DNA of 64,000 nucleotides from assembly GCA_965224245.1 (NCBI GenBank), contig OZ245046.1:736001-800000 (forward strand). The letters run 5' to 3'. Positions 48,136-58,731 of this stretch are shown in pieces. Under the pieces are notes generated by a model. It saw nothing but the letters and a program-made list of their open reading frames with translations. It was not told the origin of the DNA and ran no database searches. The DNA is from Candidatus Eiseniibacteriota bacterium (GTDB lineage Bacteria > Eisenbacteria > RBG-16-71-46 > CAZAMP01). Position numbers and translations under genes: made by a program. The stretch's first letter is position 1. The number at the start of each line of letters is the position of its first letter.

Positions 48136-49161
48136 ATGTTCGTCGACGAGGTCCAGATCGAGGTGCAGTCCGGCCGCGGCGGCGACGGCGTCGTCAGCTT
48201 CCGGCGCGAGGCATACGTCCCCCGCGGCGGCCCCGACGGCGGCGACGGCGGCCGGGGCGGCGACGTCGTTCTCGTCGCCGACTCGAACCTCGGGACGCTG
48301 CTCGACTTCCGACACACGCGCCGCTTCGTCGCCCCCAGCGGAGCCCCCGGGCAGGGGAGCCGGAAGTTCGGCAAGAGCGGCCGGGATCTCGTGATCCAGG
48401 TGCCGGTGGGCACCGTCGTGACCGATCTCGATACGAACGAGGTGCTGGCCGATCTCGTCGAGAGCGGCGCACGCTCCGTGGTGGCCTGCGGTGGACGAGG
48501 GGGCAAGGGCAACTTCCACTTTCGCACGGCCACGAACCAGGCGCCGCGCCGCGCGCAGCCGGGCAGACCGGCCGAATCGCGGCGACTCGGCCTCACGCTC
48601 AAGCTGATCGCCGACGTGGGGCTCGTGGGACTCCCCAACGCGGGCAAGAGCACGCTCCTGTCGCGCGTGTCCCGGGCGCGACCCAAGATCGCCGACTACC
48701 CGTTCACGACGCTGGTTCCCAACCTGGGGATCGTCTCGGCCGGCGACTACGCCTCCTTCGTGATGGCCGACATCCCCGGGCTGGTCGAGGGCGCGCACAC
48801 CGGAAAGGGGCTCGGGCACCGCTTTCTGCGCCACATCGAGCGCACGAGGAGCTTGGCTCTGCTGATCGACTCTCAGAGCGAGGATCCGGCGGCGGTTTAC
48901 GGTACTCTTCTCGGCGAGCTCGGCGCGTGGAGCTCGGCGCTCCTCCGGAAGCCCCGGATCGTCGTGTTCACGAAACGAGACGTGGCGCCCGACGCCCCGC
49001 TTCCGCGGTCGCCCGACGACGCGGTGCCCGCGATCGGCATCAGCGCCGTGACCGGAGAGGGCGTCGCGGAGCTCGTGCATGCGCTGTATGCGATGGCGAG
49101 CGCGGCATCGGCCGACGACGCCGACGAGGCTTCAACGGTTGAGGGACAGCGATCCACATGA
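48136..49161 (+). CDS. obgE: GTPase Obg/CgtA
   Basis: MFVDEV..SGRGGDGVVSFRRE..PRGGPDGGDGG, GLPNAGKST, ADYPFTTL, DIPGLVEGA, FLRHIERT. Confidence 0.96.
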   Translation: MFVDEVQIEVQSGRGGDGVVSFRREAYVPRGGPDGGDGGRGGDVVLVADSNLGTLLDFRHTRRFVAPSGAPGQGSRKFGKSGRDLVIQVPVGTVVTDLDTNEVLADLVESGARSVVACGGRGGKGNFHFRTATNQAPRRAQPGRPAESRRLGLTLKLIADVGLVGLPNAGKSTLLSRVSRARPKIADYPFTTLVPNLGIVSAGDYASFVMADIPGLVEGAHTGKGLGHRFLRHIERTRSLALLIDSQSEDPAAVYGTLLGELGAWSSALLRKPRIVVFTKRDVAPDAPLPRSPDDAVPAIGISAVTGEGVAELVHALYAMASAASADDADEASTVEGQRST

Positions 49162-49805
49162 GTGACGAGCGAGTGCAGCCGGGACGACTCCTGGATCTGA
49201 TCCGATCCAAGAACTTCGAGGGTCGAAAGGCCCTCATCGACGAGCTCAGGGCCGAGCGGACCAAGCAGTCCACCGACCTTCTGCTCGAGATCCTCAGCGA
49301 CGAGAGCTGGAGCCTTCGCGAGCTGGCCGTCTCGGCGCTGGCGGACCGCGAGGACCTCGCCGCGCCGCATCTCCTGGCGCTCCTGGACACCGGTCTCTGG
49401 TACTCGAAGGCGGCGGCGGCCCGAACGCTGGGCGTGATGGGACACGGCCGGGCGCTGTCCAAGATCGTCCGCCTGATCGACGATCCCAATCGGACCGTCG
49501 CCGAGGACGCGGGCCGCGCGCTCCTGGACCTCGCGCGCCGGGGCTGGGCCGCCGGCGTGGCCCGTGGGCTGCTGGCTCGCGACGAAGGCGCCGAGGACGC
49601 GCTCAAGATCCTCGAGCGAATCGACCCCGACGACGGCCGCAAGATTCGCATCCTGGTCGCCCGAGACGAGATCCGGGCTCCGGTGATGGACTGGCTGGAG
49701 AGCGAGGAGCGCGACCCGACCCGTTTCTCCGAGCTTCTCGCGGCCAGCGCCGATGCCGACCTCGGCATCGGCTGGGAACGCATCTCCGGGCCGGTCGGCG
49801 GGTAA
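49158..49805 (+). CDS. HEAT-repeat protein
   Basis: LLEILSDESWSLRELAVSAL, AAARTLG, LIDDPNRTVAEDAGRAL; ATGA overlap with obg. Confidence 0.75.
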   Translation: MSDERVQPGRLLDLIRSKNFEGRKALIDELRAERTKQSTDLLLEILSDESWSLRELAVSALADREDLAAPHLLALLDTGLWYSKAAAARTLGVMGHGRALSKIVRLIDDPNRTVAEDAGRALLDLARRGWAAGVARGLLARDEGAEDALKILERIDPDDGRKIRILVARDEIRAPVMDWLESEERDPTRFSELLAASADADLGIGWERISGPVGG

Positions 49806-49885
49806 CGACCCCGCACCATCGTCACTCTCCCCGTGAACCGGCGCGCGCCTCGGTCGCGCGTGCCGCGCCGAAGAAGGGGATACCC

Positions 49886-50797
49886 GTGACGTCCACCGAC
49901 CACCTCGACGAGCGATTGCCCGCGCACGTTCCGGCCTCGGAGCCGCTCCGCATCGTGCCCACCCGTCGCCGTTCGCTCGCGCCGCTGTTCGACCTTCCCG
50001 ATCCGCCCGAGCGGCTGTGGCTGGTCGGGTGCCCCGGCGTGCTCGAGCGTCCCAGCGTGGCGATCGTGGGGGCCCGCAACGCCACGCCCACCGGACGCGA
50101 CCTCGCCCGGCGTCTCGCGCGCGATCTGGCCGGCGAAGGCTGGCTCGTCGTCAGCGGCCTTGCGCGGGGGATCGACGCGGCCGCGCACGAGGGGGCACTG
50201 TCGGCGTCCGGAGCCAGCCTGGGCGTGCTCGGGACCGGCATCGACGTGTGCTATCCGCGAGAGTCGCGCGCCCTGTACCGGGGGCTCGGTACCCGTGGAC
50301 TCCTGATGTCCGAGTTCGCTCCGGGGATGCCGCCGCTGCGCCACCACTTTCCCCGCCGCAACCGGATCATCGCCGCGCTGAGCCGCGCGGTCGTCGTCGT
50401 GGAGGGGGCGGCCCGGAGCGGGTCCCGCATCACGGCGGATCTCGCGCTGGATCTGGGCCGCGAGGTCCTCGCCGTGCCCCGCGATCCGATCCTCCCCGGC
50501 GCCGAGATGCCCAACACGCTCATTCGTGCGGGCGCCACGCCGTGCACGGGCGCCGACGACGTCCTGTCACTGTTCGGAGCGGGACGCCGGCTCGCTCCCG
50601 ACCGGCCGCGCCGTGTCGTTCCGCCCCGGCTGGAGTGGCTCGTGCTCGCGTTGCGCCCCGAGGGCGTCAGCGTGGACGACCTGCAGATGGTGACGGGACG
50701 GTCCGTGGTGGATATCCTCCCGGCGCTTCTGGATCTCCAGCTTCGCGGCGTCGCCGAGCGCCTCGAGACCGGTCACTACCGCCGCGTGTCGGATTGA
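49886..50797 (+). CDS. dprA: DNA-processing protein DprA (short form)
   Basis: VAIVGARNAT, VVSGLARGIDAAAH, VLGTGID..YP, FPRRNRIIAALS, RSGSRITA, GREVLAVP; C-terminal winged-helix-like tail. Confidence 0.92.
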   Translation: MTSTDHLDERLPAHVPASEPLRIVPTRRRSLAPLFDLPDPPERLWLVGCPGVLERPSVAIVGARNATPTGRDLARRLARDLAGEGWLVVSGLARGIDAAAHEGALSASGASLGVLGTGIDVCYPRESRALYRGLGTRGLLMSEFAPGMPPLRHHFPRRNRIIAALSRAVVVVEGAARSGSRITADLALDLGREVLAVPRDPILPGAEMPNTLIRAGATPCTGADDVLSLFGAGRRLAPDRPRRVVPPRLEWLVLALRPEGVSVDDLQMVTGRSVVDILPALLDLQLRGVAERLETGHYRRVSD

Positions 50798-50809
50798 CGG
50801 AGGACTTGC

Positions 50810-51802
50810 GTGGCCAGATGGACGCGCTCCACGCGCGTGACGTTCTCGCACCGGGTCGAGGCCCTCGGGCTTCGCGCGGGCATCGCGCTCGCGAACGGGG
50901 TTCCCCACGAGCGGGCCCTCGAGCTGGGGGCGTGGCTCGGCGACCTCGCGTGGCACGCCGGAGTCCGCCGACGGGTCGTTCTCGAGGCTCTGGCCCGGGC
51001 CGACGGGATGCCGGCCGACACCGACGCGCGGGTGCGGATTGCGAGGGATTGCTACCGGAACTTCGGCCGCACGTTCGTGGAGTACGCGCGTCTGGGCGGC
51101 CCCACCGGCCCCGAGCTCGTGTCACGCGTCAGCGTGGACCGCGGCGAGTACCTGGAGCGCGCCATCGGCGCCGGCCGCGGCGTCCTGGCGGTGAGCGGGC
51201 ACTTCGGCAGCCTCGAGCTCATGGCGACCGCCATGGGCCGGTTCGGCGTGCGCCCGACGCTGCTGGTGGCGCCGATGCGAAACCCGCTGGCCAACGCGCT
51301 CTTCGCCGAGCGACGACGACGATACGGCGTCGACGTGATCGAGGTGGGGCCGGGGCTCCGCCAGGCCCTGGTCGTGCTGAAGCGCGGGGGGCTCCTGTGT
51401 CTCGCGGTCGATCAGGACGCAGGCCGTCACGGCGTCTTCGTCGACTTCCTGGGGCGGCCGGCCTCGACGCCGGCCGGCGTGGTCGAGCTCGGACTGCGAT
51501 CCGGAGCGCCGGTGGTCTTCGGGCTCGCATTCCGGGAGCCGCCGCCCGTCGGCCGGCGCGGCGGCGGCCATCACGTCGTCCGGCTTCGACCGCCGGTGGA
51601 TCTCGTTTCGCGGGGCGACCACGACGCGACCGTTCGGTACTATCTGCAGCTTCTCTCGGACTGGCTCGGCGAGGGCGTTCGCGAGCGGCCCGATCACTGG
51701 TTCTGGATGCACCGGCGCTGGAAGACCCGGCCCGATTCCGGGTCGGCCTCCACGCGCCCGCACGGCGAGACCGCCCGCACCCGTGGAGCTGGAGACGCAT
51801 GA
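50810..51802 (+). CDS. Lipid A/lysophospholipid acyltransferase (LpxL/HtrB family)
   Basis: SGHFGSLE, LAVDQDAG..GVFVDFLGRPAST, PDHWFWMHRRWKTRP. Confidence 0.88.
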   Translation: MARWTRSTRVTFSHRVEALGLRAGIALANGVPHERALELGAWLGDLAWHAGVRRRVVLEALARADGMPADTDARVRIARDCYRNFGRTFVEYARLGGPTGPELVSRVSVDRGEYLERAIGAGRGVLAVSGHFGSLELMATAMGRFGVRPTLLVAPMRNPLANALFAERRRRYGVDVIEVGPGLRQALVVLKRGGLLCLAVDQDAGRHGVFVDFLGRPASTPAGVVELGLRSGAPVVFGLAFREPPPVGRRGGGHHVVRLRPPVDLVSRGDHDATVRYYLQLLSDWLGEGVRERPDHWFWMHRRWKTRPDSGSASTRPHGETARTRGAGDA

Positions 51803-52683
51803 ACGGTTACACGATCACGCTCGGCAACCCCGACACGCTCCCGGACGATCCGGCCGTCGTCGTGATCCCGGCGCCCTACGATCGCACCGCGTGCTATCAG
51901 CCGGGGTCCCGGCGGGGGCCGGACGCGATCCTGACCGCGTCGGCGAACATGGAGTTCTACGACGAGGTGCTCGGCTTCGATCCCTCGCGCGTGGGCATCG
52001 CGACGCTGGCCCCGCTCGAGGTGTCCGCCGACGGGCCGCGTCTGATGTGTGATCGCGTGCGCGACGTCGTCGCTGCGGTCCTGGCCGAGAAGCGGCTCCC
52101 CCTCGTCCTCGGGGGCGAGCACTCGGTCACGATCGGAGCGATCGAGGCGGTGGCCGCCGTGCACCCGTCGGTGTCGATCCTGCATCTCGACGCGCACGCC
52201 GATCTTCGCGACGAGTACGAGGGGAGCCGCTACAGCCACGCCTGCGTGATGCGCCGCGCCCGCGAGCGGTGCAAGGCGGTCTCCCTGGGCATCCGGAGCG
52301 TGAGCGAGGCCGAGGCGAGCTGGGCCCGGGAGACCGGAACCGCGCTCACCAGCGTTCGTGAGTGCCGCGAGCGCGGCTGGGATCTCGACGCCCTCTGCGG
52401 CGATCTCGGTGACGAGGTCTACGTGACCCTGGACGTGGACGCGCTCGATCCGAGCATCATGCCCGCCACCGGGACGCCCGAGCCGGGGGGGTTCGTCTGG
52501 GACGAGATCGACGCGCTCCTGGCGTGGGTGGCGGAACGCCGTCGCGTGGTCGGCTTCGACATCGTCGAGCTGATGCCGATTCCGGGATTCGTGGCGCCCG
52601 ACTATCTCGTCGCGCGCCTCGCGTACCGCATGATCGGCCGCGTGCTCGGGTCGCGTCGCCAGCGAGACGGGGGCGACGTGTGA
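51799..52683 (+). CDS. speB: Agmatinase
   Basis: PYD.T..Y.PGSRRGP, LGGEHSVT, HLDAHADLR, SHACVMRR, VTLDVDALDPS..PATGTPEPGG, DIVELMP. Confidence 0.92.
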   Translation: MNGYTITLGNPDTLPDDPAVVVIPAPYDRTACYQPGSRRGPDAILTASANMEFYDEVLGFDPSRVGIATLAPLEVSADGPRLMCDRVRDVVAAVLAEKRLPLVLGGEHSVTIGAIEAVAAVHPSVSILHLDAHADLRDEYEGSRYSHACVMRRARERCKAVSLGIRSVSEAEASWARETGTALTSVRECRERGWDLDALCGDLGDEVYVTLDVDALDPSIMPATGTPEPGGFVWDEIDALLAWVAERRRVVGFDIVELMPIPGFVAPDYLVARLAYRMIGRVLGSRRQRDGGDV

Positions 52684-53246
52684 GCGACCCCGTGGCCATC
52701 CACGTCGGTGGGCGGCTGCGCCGCCTCCGTCTGGCCAAGGCGATGACGCTGATGGACCTCCAGAGCGCCGCGGGGGTCAGCACCGCGCACATCTCCGAGA
52801 TCGAGCGCGGCCACACGTCCCCGACCATCTTCACGCTCGAACGCATCGCGACCGCGCTCGGCATCGACGTGGCCGAGCTCCTGTCGCCCGAGCGAGACGA
52901 GCCGGTGGCCGTCGTGCGAGGCGCCGATCGAACGACCGTGGCGATTGCCGACGGCGTCGTGATGGAGCCGCTCTCCACCGGTCGCCGGACGACGTCGCTC
53001 AGCGCGTTCCACGTCCGACTGGCTCCCCGGGCATGCGCACGGCCGCGACCGGGACGGCACTACGGCGAGGAGATCGTCGAGATGGAATCGGGCCGGCTGT
53101 TGGTCCGCTCGGCCTCGGACGTCATCGATCTGGCGGGCGAGGATGCGGTCCACATCCTGTCCGAGGGTGCGCTGGAGTTCGAGAACCCGGCTGACGACCG
53201 CGAGGCGCACGCCGTGTGGATCACGGCGCCGGCGCTGGTCTGGTGA
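52680..53246 (+). CDS. XRE-family HTH-cupin transcriptional regulator
   Basis: VGGRLRRLR...STAHISEIERGHTSPTI..IATALG; HYGEEIV cupin motif; GTGA overlap. Confidence 0.88.
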   Translation: MSDPVAIHVGGRLRRLRLAKAMTLMDLQSAAGVSTAHISEIERGHTSPTIFTLERIATALGIDVAELLSPERDEPVAVVRGADRTTVAIADGVVMEPLSTGRRTTSLSAFHVRLAPRACARPRPGRHYGEEIVEMESGRLLVRSASDVIDLAGEDAVHILSEGALEFENPADDREAHAVWITAPALVW

Positions 53247-53779
53247 CGCGCGCCGACCGCGATCAGCTCGGCGCGCGCATTCGTGCCGAGCGAAAGCGAC
53301 TCTCGCGCACGCTGAAGGACGTCGAGCGGGAATCGGGACTCTCGTCCACCCACATCTCGGAGATCGAGCGCGGCAAGAGCTCGCCGACCATCGGCGCGCT
53401 CGTGCGCATCGCACACGCGCTGGGGGTCGATCCCGCCGAGCTCCTGGAGGCCGAGCCACGCCGCCGTGTGGTCGTCGTTCGCGGGGACGATCGCGGCGTG
53501 GGTCGCCCGGCCACCGTGCGACCGCTCGGCTCCGGCGTGCGCGGCGGACACCTGCGCTTCGCCCACGTGACCCTGCTCGACGACGAGCCCGTGGTGTTCC
53601 GCGAGGTACCGGAGCTGTGCGCGATCGTCCGGACCGGCGATCTGATCTACGAGCTCGGGGAGCGCCGCGAGCGACTCGGTGCCGGCGATGCGGTTCACGC
53701 GGTGGGTGTGGGCGCGCACACGTTTCGGCGGGGGACCACGAGCGACACGCGACTCACGCTGGTCTACGTCCGGACGTAG
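53243..53779 (+). CDS. XRE-family HTH-cupin transcriptional regulator (second paralog)
   Basis: LGARIRAER...SSTHISEIERGKSSPTI..IAHALG; LGAGDAVH..H cupin strand; GTGA overlap. Confidence 0.88.
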   Translation: MTRADRDQLGARIRAERKRLSRTLKDVERESGLSSTHISEIERGKSSPTIGALVRIAHALGVDPAELLEAEPRRRVVVVRGDDRGVGRPATVRPLGSGVRGGHLRFAHVTLLDDEPVVFREVPELCAIVRTGDLIYELGERRERLGAGDAVHAVGVGAHTFRRGTTSDTRLTLVYVRT

Positions 53780-53795
53780 CGGCGATCCCTCGCGG

Positions 53796-54656
53796 CTAGT
53801 CCGGATCCCGGGACGACGCGTCGCCCACGCGCTCGCGCCGCTTGGCGTCGTCCCACAACGCGTCCATCTCCTCCAGCGTGACGTCCTCCGGGCGCCGCCC
53901 CGCTCGTGCCAGCTCGCGCTCGACGTGGCGGAAGCGCTCGTAGAATCGCCGGTTGGTCCCGCGAAGGGCCGCCTCGGGGTCGATCGCGAGAAAGCGCGCG
54001 ACGTTGGTGACCGCGAACAGGAGGTCGCCGATCTCGGCGCGGATGTCCGCGCCCGCGGCGCGGCTCTCTCGCGATTCCGCGGCGACGCCGTCACGGAGCT
54101 CGTCGGTCTCCTCGCGCACCTTTTCGAGAGCGCCGTCGACCGATGGGAAGTCGAAGCCGACGGCCGCGGCGCGTTCCTGCATCCGAAACGCCGCGAGCAG
54201 CGCCGGCCTCGAGCGCTCGAAGCGGCCCAGGACGCTCGCCGCGTCGGCGGCGTCCCCGTCGGACTGCTCCTCACGCTTGGCGCGCTGCCAGCTCTCGCGA
54301 GCCACCCGCTGGTCCTGCGACGGTGAGTCGCCGAACACGTGCGGATGTCGCCTGACCAGCTTCTCCACGGTCCCGTCCACGATCACGTCGAGCGTTCCGA
54401 TGGACTCGGTCTCGGCCGCATGCAACGCGAAGACGGTCACGAACAGGAGGTCGCCCAGCTCCTCGCGGATGTCGGCGGCGGTGCCGGACGCGATGGCGTC
54501 CAGGACCTCGTGGACCTCCTCGAGGAGATAGGGCGTGAGCGTGCGAAGCGTCTGGGCCCGATCCCACGAGCAGCCGTCCTGGCCGCGCAGGCGTTCACAG
54601 AGCGCCAGCATGCGGCCGACCACGTGCCCGCGCCGGCCGAACGGAGTGTCGTACAT
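53796..54656 (-). CDS. mazG: Nucleoside triphosphate pyrophosphohydrolase MazG
   Basis: LRGQDGCSWDRAQT, LLEEVHEV, EELGDLLF, KLVRRHPHVFG, EIGDLLFAVTNVAR, EMDALWDDAK. Confidence 0.93.
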   Translation of the reverse strand: MYDTPFGRRGHVVGRMLALCERLRGQDGCSWDRAQTLRTLTPYLLEEVHEVLDAIASGTAADIREELGDLLFVTVFALHAAETESIGTLDVIVDGTVEKLVRRHPHVFGDSPSQDQRVARESWQRAKREEQSDGDAADAASVLGRFERSRPALLAAFRMQERAAAVGFDFPSVDGALEKVREETDELRDGVAAESRESRAAGADIRAEIGDLLFAVTNVARFLAIDPEAALRGTNRRFYERFRHVERELARAGRRPEDVTLEEMDALWDDAKRRERVGDASSRDPD

Positions 54657-54741
54657 GAGGCGAGTGTAGGGTGCCGGCGCGACCGAGACCAGCGTTCTCG
54701 GGGCGGTGCGATGGATGCCCGCGATGTGATATATCTCGCGC

Positions 54742-55901
<1,160 letters not shown>

Positions 55902-55905
<4 letters not shown>

Positions 55906-56345
55906 TCGAGGCGACCCGCGCCGCGCTCGACGACGCCGACCGCGCGCTGATCGCGGCGGCCGAGCGTGCCCGCGAGCGGGCCCACGCGCCCTACTCGGGG
56001 TTCCGGGTCGGGGCGGCGGTTCGCGGCGAGGGCGGTCGCGTCGTGTCCGGCTGTAACGTCGAGAACGCGACGTTCGGGCTCACCCTGTGCGCCGAGCGCG
56101 TCGCCGTGTTCGCGGCGATCGCCGAGGGGCTCGCGTCGCTCGAGGCGCTCGCGGTCGTGGTGGCGCCCGATCAACCGGCCTTGCCCTGCGGCATCTGTCG
56201 CGAGATGCTGCGTGAGTTCGCGCCGGCGGTGCGGGTGATCCTCTCGGGTCGGGGTGATGCGGTGAGGGTCGCGAGCGTGGGGGAGCTCATCGCGGGCTCA
56301 CCGGACGCATCAACGGGTGAGAGCGGGGGAGGCCGTTCGTCATGA
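55902..56345 (+). CDS. cdd: Cytidine deaminase
   Basis: [34 protein letters not shown] (homotetrameric Cys-Zn type). Confidence 0.93.
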
Positions 56346-57361
56346 CCCATCACCACCGGGACGCACCGATCGGAGCCGACGTGACCGCGCACGAGGTCGA
56401 GGAGATCGTGCGCCGCGTGCTCGCCCGCCTCGACGTCGGCCCTCCGCGCGCACCACACCTTCTCGGCGACCGTTCTCGGGGACACGCCGACCTTCCACCG
56501 GAGCTCCGCGGAACCTACGCGGGTCGGTGGGAGGAGCCCACCGACGACGCGGTGGGCGTGGTCAGTCCCGTCACGGGGCCCGACGCCGGGCGCTGTCTCG
56601 GCTGCCGTCTGCCCGGTGCCTGTGCCTGGGTGTGCCCGGCGACCACGCGACGCGTGCTCCAGGAGGGCGCCGATCGCGTCGGGGCGAGCCTGGGCGCCGA
56701 GGCCACGTCCCTCTCGGTCGCACGCCGCATCGATCACACGCTTCTCGCGGCCAACGCCACCCGGGGCGCGGTCGATCGGCTGTGCGACGAGGCGCTGCGG
56801 TACCGGTTCGCCACCGTCTGCGTCAACGGCCACTGGGTTCCCCGCGTCGCCGAGCGCCTCGCGGGCTCGGAAGTGGACGTGTGCGCCGTGGTCGGGTTTC
56901 CCCTGGGCGCCACGTTTCCCGAGGTCAAGGCGGCGGAGGCGCGGCAAGCCGTTCGCGACGGCGCGGCCGAGATCGACATGGTCATGCAGATCGGCGCGCT
57001 GAAGTCGCGCGATCACGCGCTGGTGTCTCGTGACATCCGCGCGGTGGTGTCGGCCGTCGGCGTTCCGGTCAAGGTCATCCTGGAGACGGCGCTTCTGACC
57101 GACGAGGAGAAGGTCGAGGCGTGTGTGCTGGCCAAGGCGGCGGGGGCGGCGTTCGTGAAGACGTCCACCGGCTTCGGGCCGTCGGGCGCGACGGTCGAGG
57201 ACGTGCGCCTGATGCGCCGCGTCGTGGGGGGCGACGTCGGGGTGAAGGCGTCCGGCGGCGTCCGCTCGGCCGACCAGGCTCAGGCCATGATCGAGGCCGG
57301 CGCCACGCGCATCGGCGCCAGCGCCTCGATCGCCATCCTCGGGGGACCGAACCTGACGTGA
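56342..57361 (+). CDS. deoC: Deoxyribose-phosphate aldolase with ~125-aa N-terminal extension (alternative GTG start 56381)
   Basis: [52 protein letters not shown]. Confidence 0.93.
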   Translation: MTHHHRDAPIGADVTAHEVEEIVRRVLARLDVGPPRAPHLLGDRSRGHADLPPELRGTYAGRWEEPTDDAVGVVSPVTGPDAGRCLGCRLPGACAWVCPATTRRVLQEGADRVGASLGAEATSLSVARRIDHTLLAANATRGAVDRLCDEALRYRFATVCVNGHWVPRVAERLAGSEVDVCAVVGFPLGATFPEVKAAEARQAVRDGAAEIDMVMQIGALKSRDHALVSRDIRAVVSAVGVPVKVILETALLTDEEKVEACVLAKAAGAAFVKTSTGFGPSGATVEDVRLMRRVVGGDVGVKASGGVRSADQAQAMIEAGATRIGASASIAILGGPNLT

Positions 57362-58704
57362 ACGCCGTCCGACTGATCATCCGAAAGCGCCGGGGCGAGG
57401 AGCTGACCCCGGACGACATCGGGAGCCTCGTGTCCGCGTACGCGGGAGGTGACGTCCCCGACTACCAGATGTCGGCGTTTCTGATGGCCGTGCTCTGGCG
57501 CGGCATGACCGACGGCGAGACGGTGGCGCTGACCCGCGCCATGATCGACTCGGGCACCGTCATCACCTACCCCGATCTTCACCCCACCGTGGACAAGCAC
57601 TCCACCGGCGGGGTCGGCGACAAGGTCTCGATTGTTCTGGCGCCGCTGGCGGCGGCCTGCGACGTGTACGTGCCCATGCTGTCGGGACGGGGGCTCGGGC
57701 ACACCGGCGGCACGCTCGACAAGCTCGAGTCGATCCCGGGGTTCGTCACCGACCTCGACACCGAGCGCTTTCAGCGCATCCTGCGCGACGTGGGCTGCGT
57801 CATGGGCGGCCAGAGCGCCGACCTGGCGCCGGCGGACGGGAAGATCTACGCGCTCCGCGACGCCACGGGCACGGTCGAGTCGCCGCCGTTGATCGTGTCC
57901 AGCATCCTGTCCAAGAAGATCGCCGCCGGACCCGAGTCGCTGGTGTTCGACGTGAAGGTGGGACGCGGCGCCTTCATGCCGACGCGCCGCGCCGCCTCGG
58001 ACCTCGCCCAGCGACTGGTTCGGACCGGCGCCGCGTTCGGGAAGCCGATCCTCGCGTTCGTCACGAACATGGACGTGCCGCTGGGCCGCGGAATCGGCAA
58101 TGCGATCGAGGTCGTCGAGTGTCTGGACATGCTCGAGCGCCGTCCGGTGAGCGAGGATCTGGCCATGCTGACGACCCTCCTCGCCTCCGCGATGCTCGTC
58201 ACGTCGGGTCGCGCCCCGACGCTCGTCGAGGCTCGCGAGGAGGTCGAGTCGGGTCTGGCGTCGGGGCGGGCCGCCGAGCGGTTCGAGCGGCTCGTGCGCG
58301 CGCACGGCGGCGACGCCGCTGCGCTCGATCGCCGCGCGCTGCCGGCGGCCGAGCGCACGATCCGGGTCGCGAGCCCGGCCGCCGGTGTCGTGGCCGACGT
58401 GGATCCGTTCGCGCTGGCCACGCTCGTCACCGACCTCGGAGGCGGGCGGCGCGTGATGTCCGACGCGATCGATCCGGCCGTGGGGATCTGGCTCGATGCG
58501 CGCCCCGGCGATCACGTCGGGCGAGGAGACGCACTCGCGACCGTTCACGTCAACGGATCGTGGGACGAGTCCGAGCTGGGGGAGCACGTTCGTCGTGCGT
58601 TTCGGATCGACGAAGACGCGCCGCGCAGCGAGCTGGTGTACGAGGTCGTGGGACCTCGTGGCCGTGTGCCCTGGTCGGGCTGGGAGACCGCGCTCCCCCT
58701 GTGA
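57358..58704 (+). CDS. pdp: Pyrimidine-nucleoside/thymidine phosphorylase
   Basis: [74 protein letters not shown]. Confidence 0.93.
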   Translation: MNAVRLIIRKRRGEELTPDDIGSLVSAYAGGDVPDYQMSAFLMAVLWRGMTDGETVALTRAMIDSGTVITYPDLHPTVDKHSTGGVGDKVSIVLAPLAAACDVYVPMLSGRGLGHTGGTLDKLESIPGFVTDLDTERFQRILRDVGCVMGGQSADLAPADGKIYALRDATGTVESPPLIVSSILSKKIAAGPESLVFDVKVGRGAFMPTRRAASDLAQRLVRTGAAFGKPILAFVTNMDVPLGRGIGNAIEVVECLDMLERRPVSEDLAMLTTLLASAMLVTSGRAPTLVEAREEVESGLASGRAAERFERLVRAHGGDAAALDRRALPAAERTIRVASPAAGVVADVDPFALATLVTDLGGGRRVMSDAIDPAVGIWLDARPGDHVGRGDALATVHVNGSWDESELGEHVRRAFRIDEDAPRSELVYEVVGPRGRVPWSGWETALPL

Positions 58705-58731
58705 TCGTGCGCCCGCGCGGGCGACCCCGAC

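Noticed and set aside
48136-49161. Obg lacking a C-terminal extension as a truncation
   Set aside because: Short Obg proteins are common; all G motifs are present and the stop is coupled to the next gene
53796-54656. MazG as part of a toxin-antitoxin or anti-phage system
   Set aside because: Two-domain housekeeping-type MazG with no mazEF or defence genes nearby
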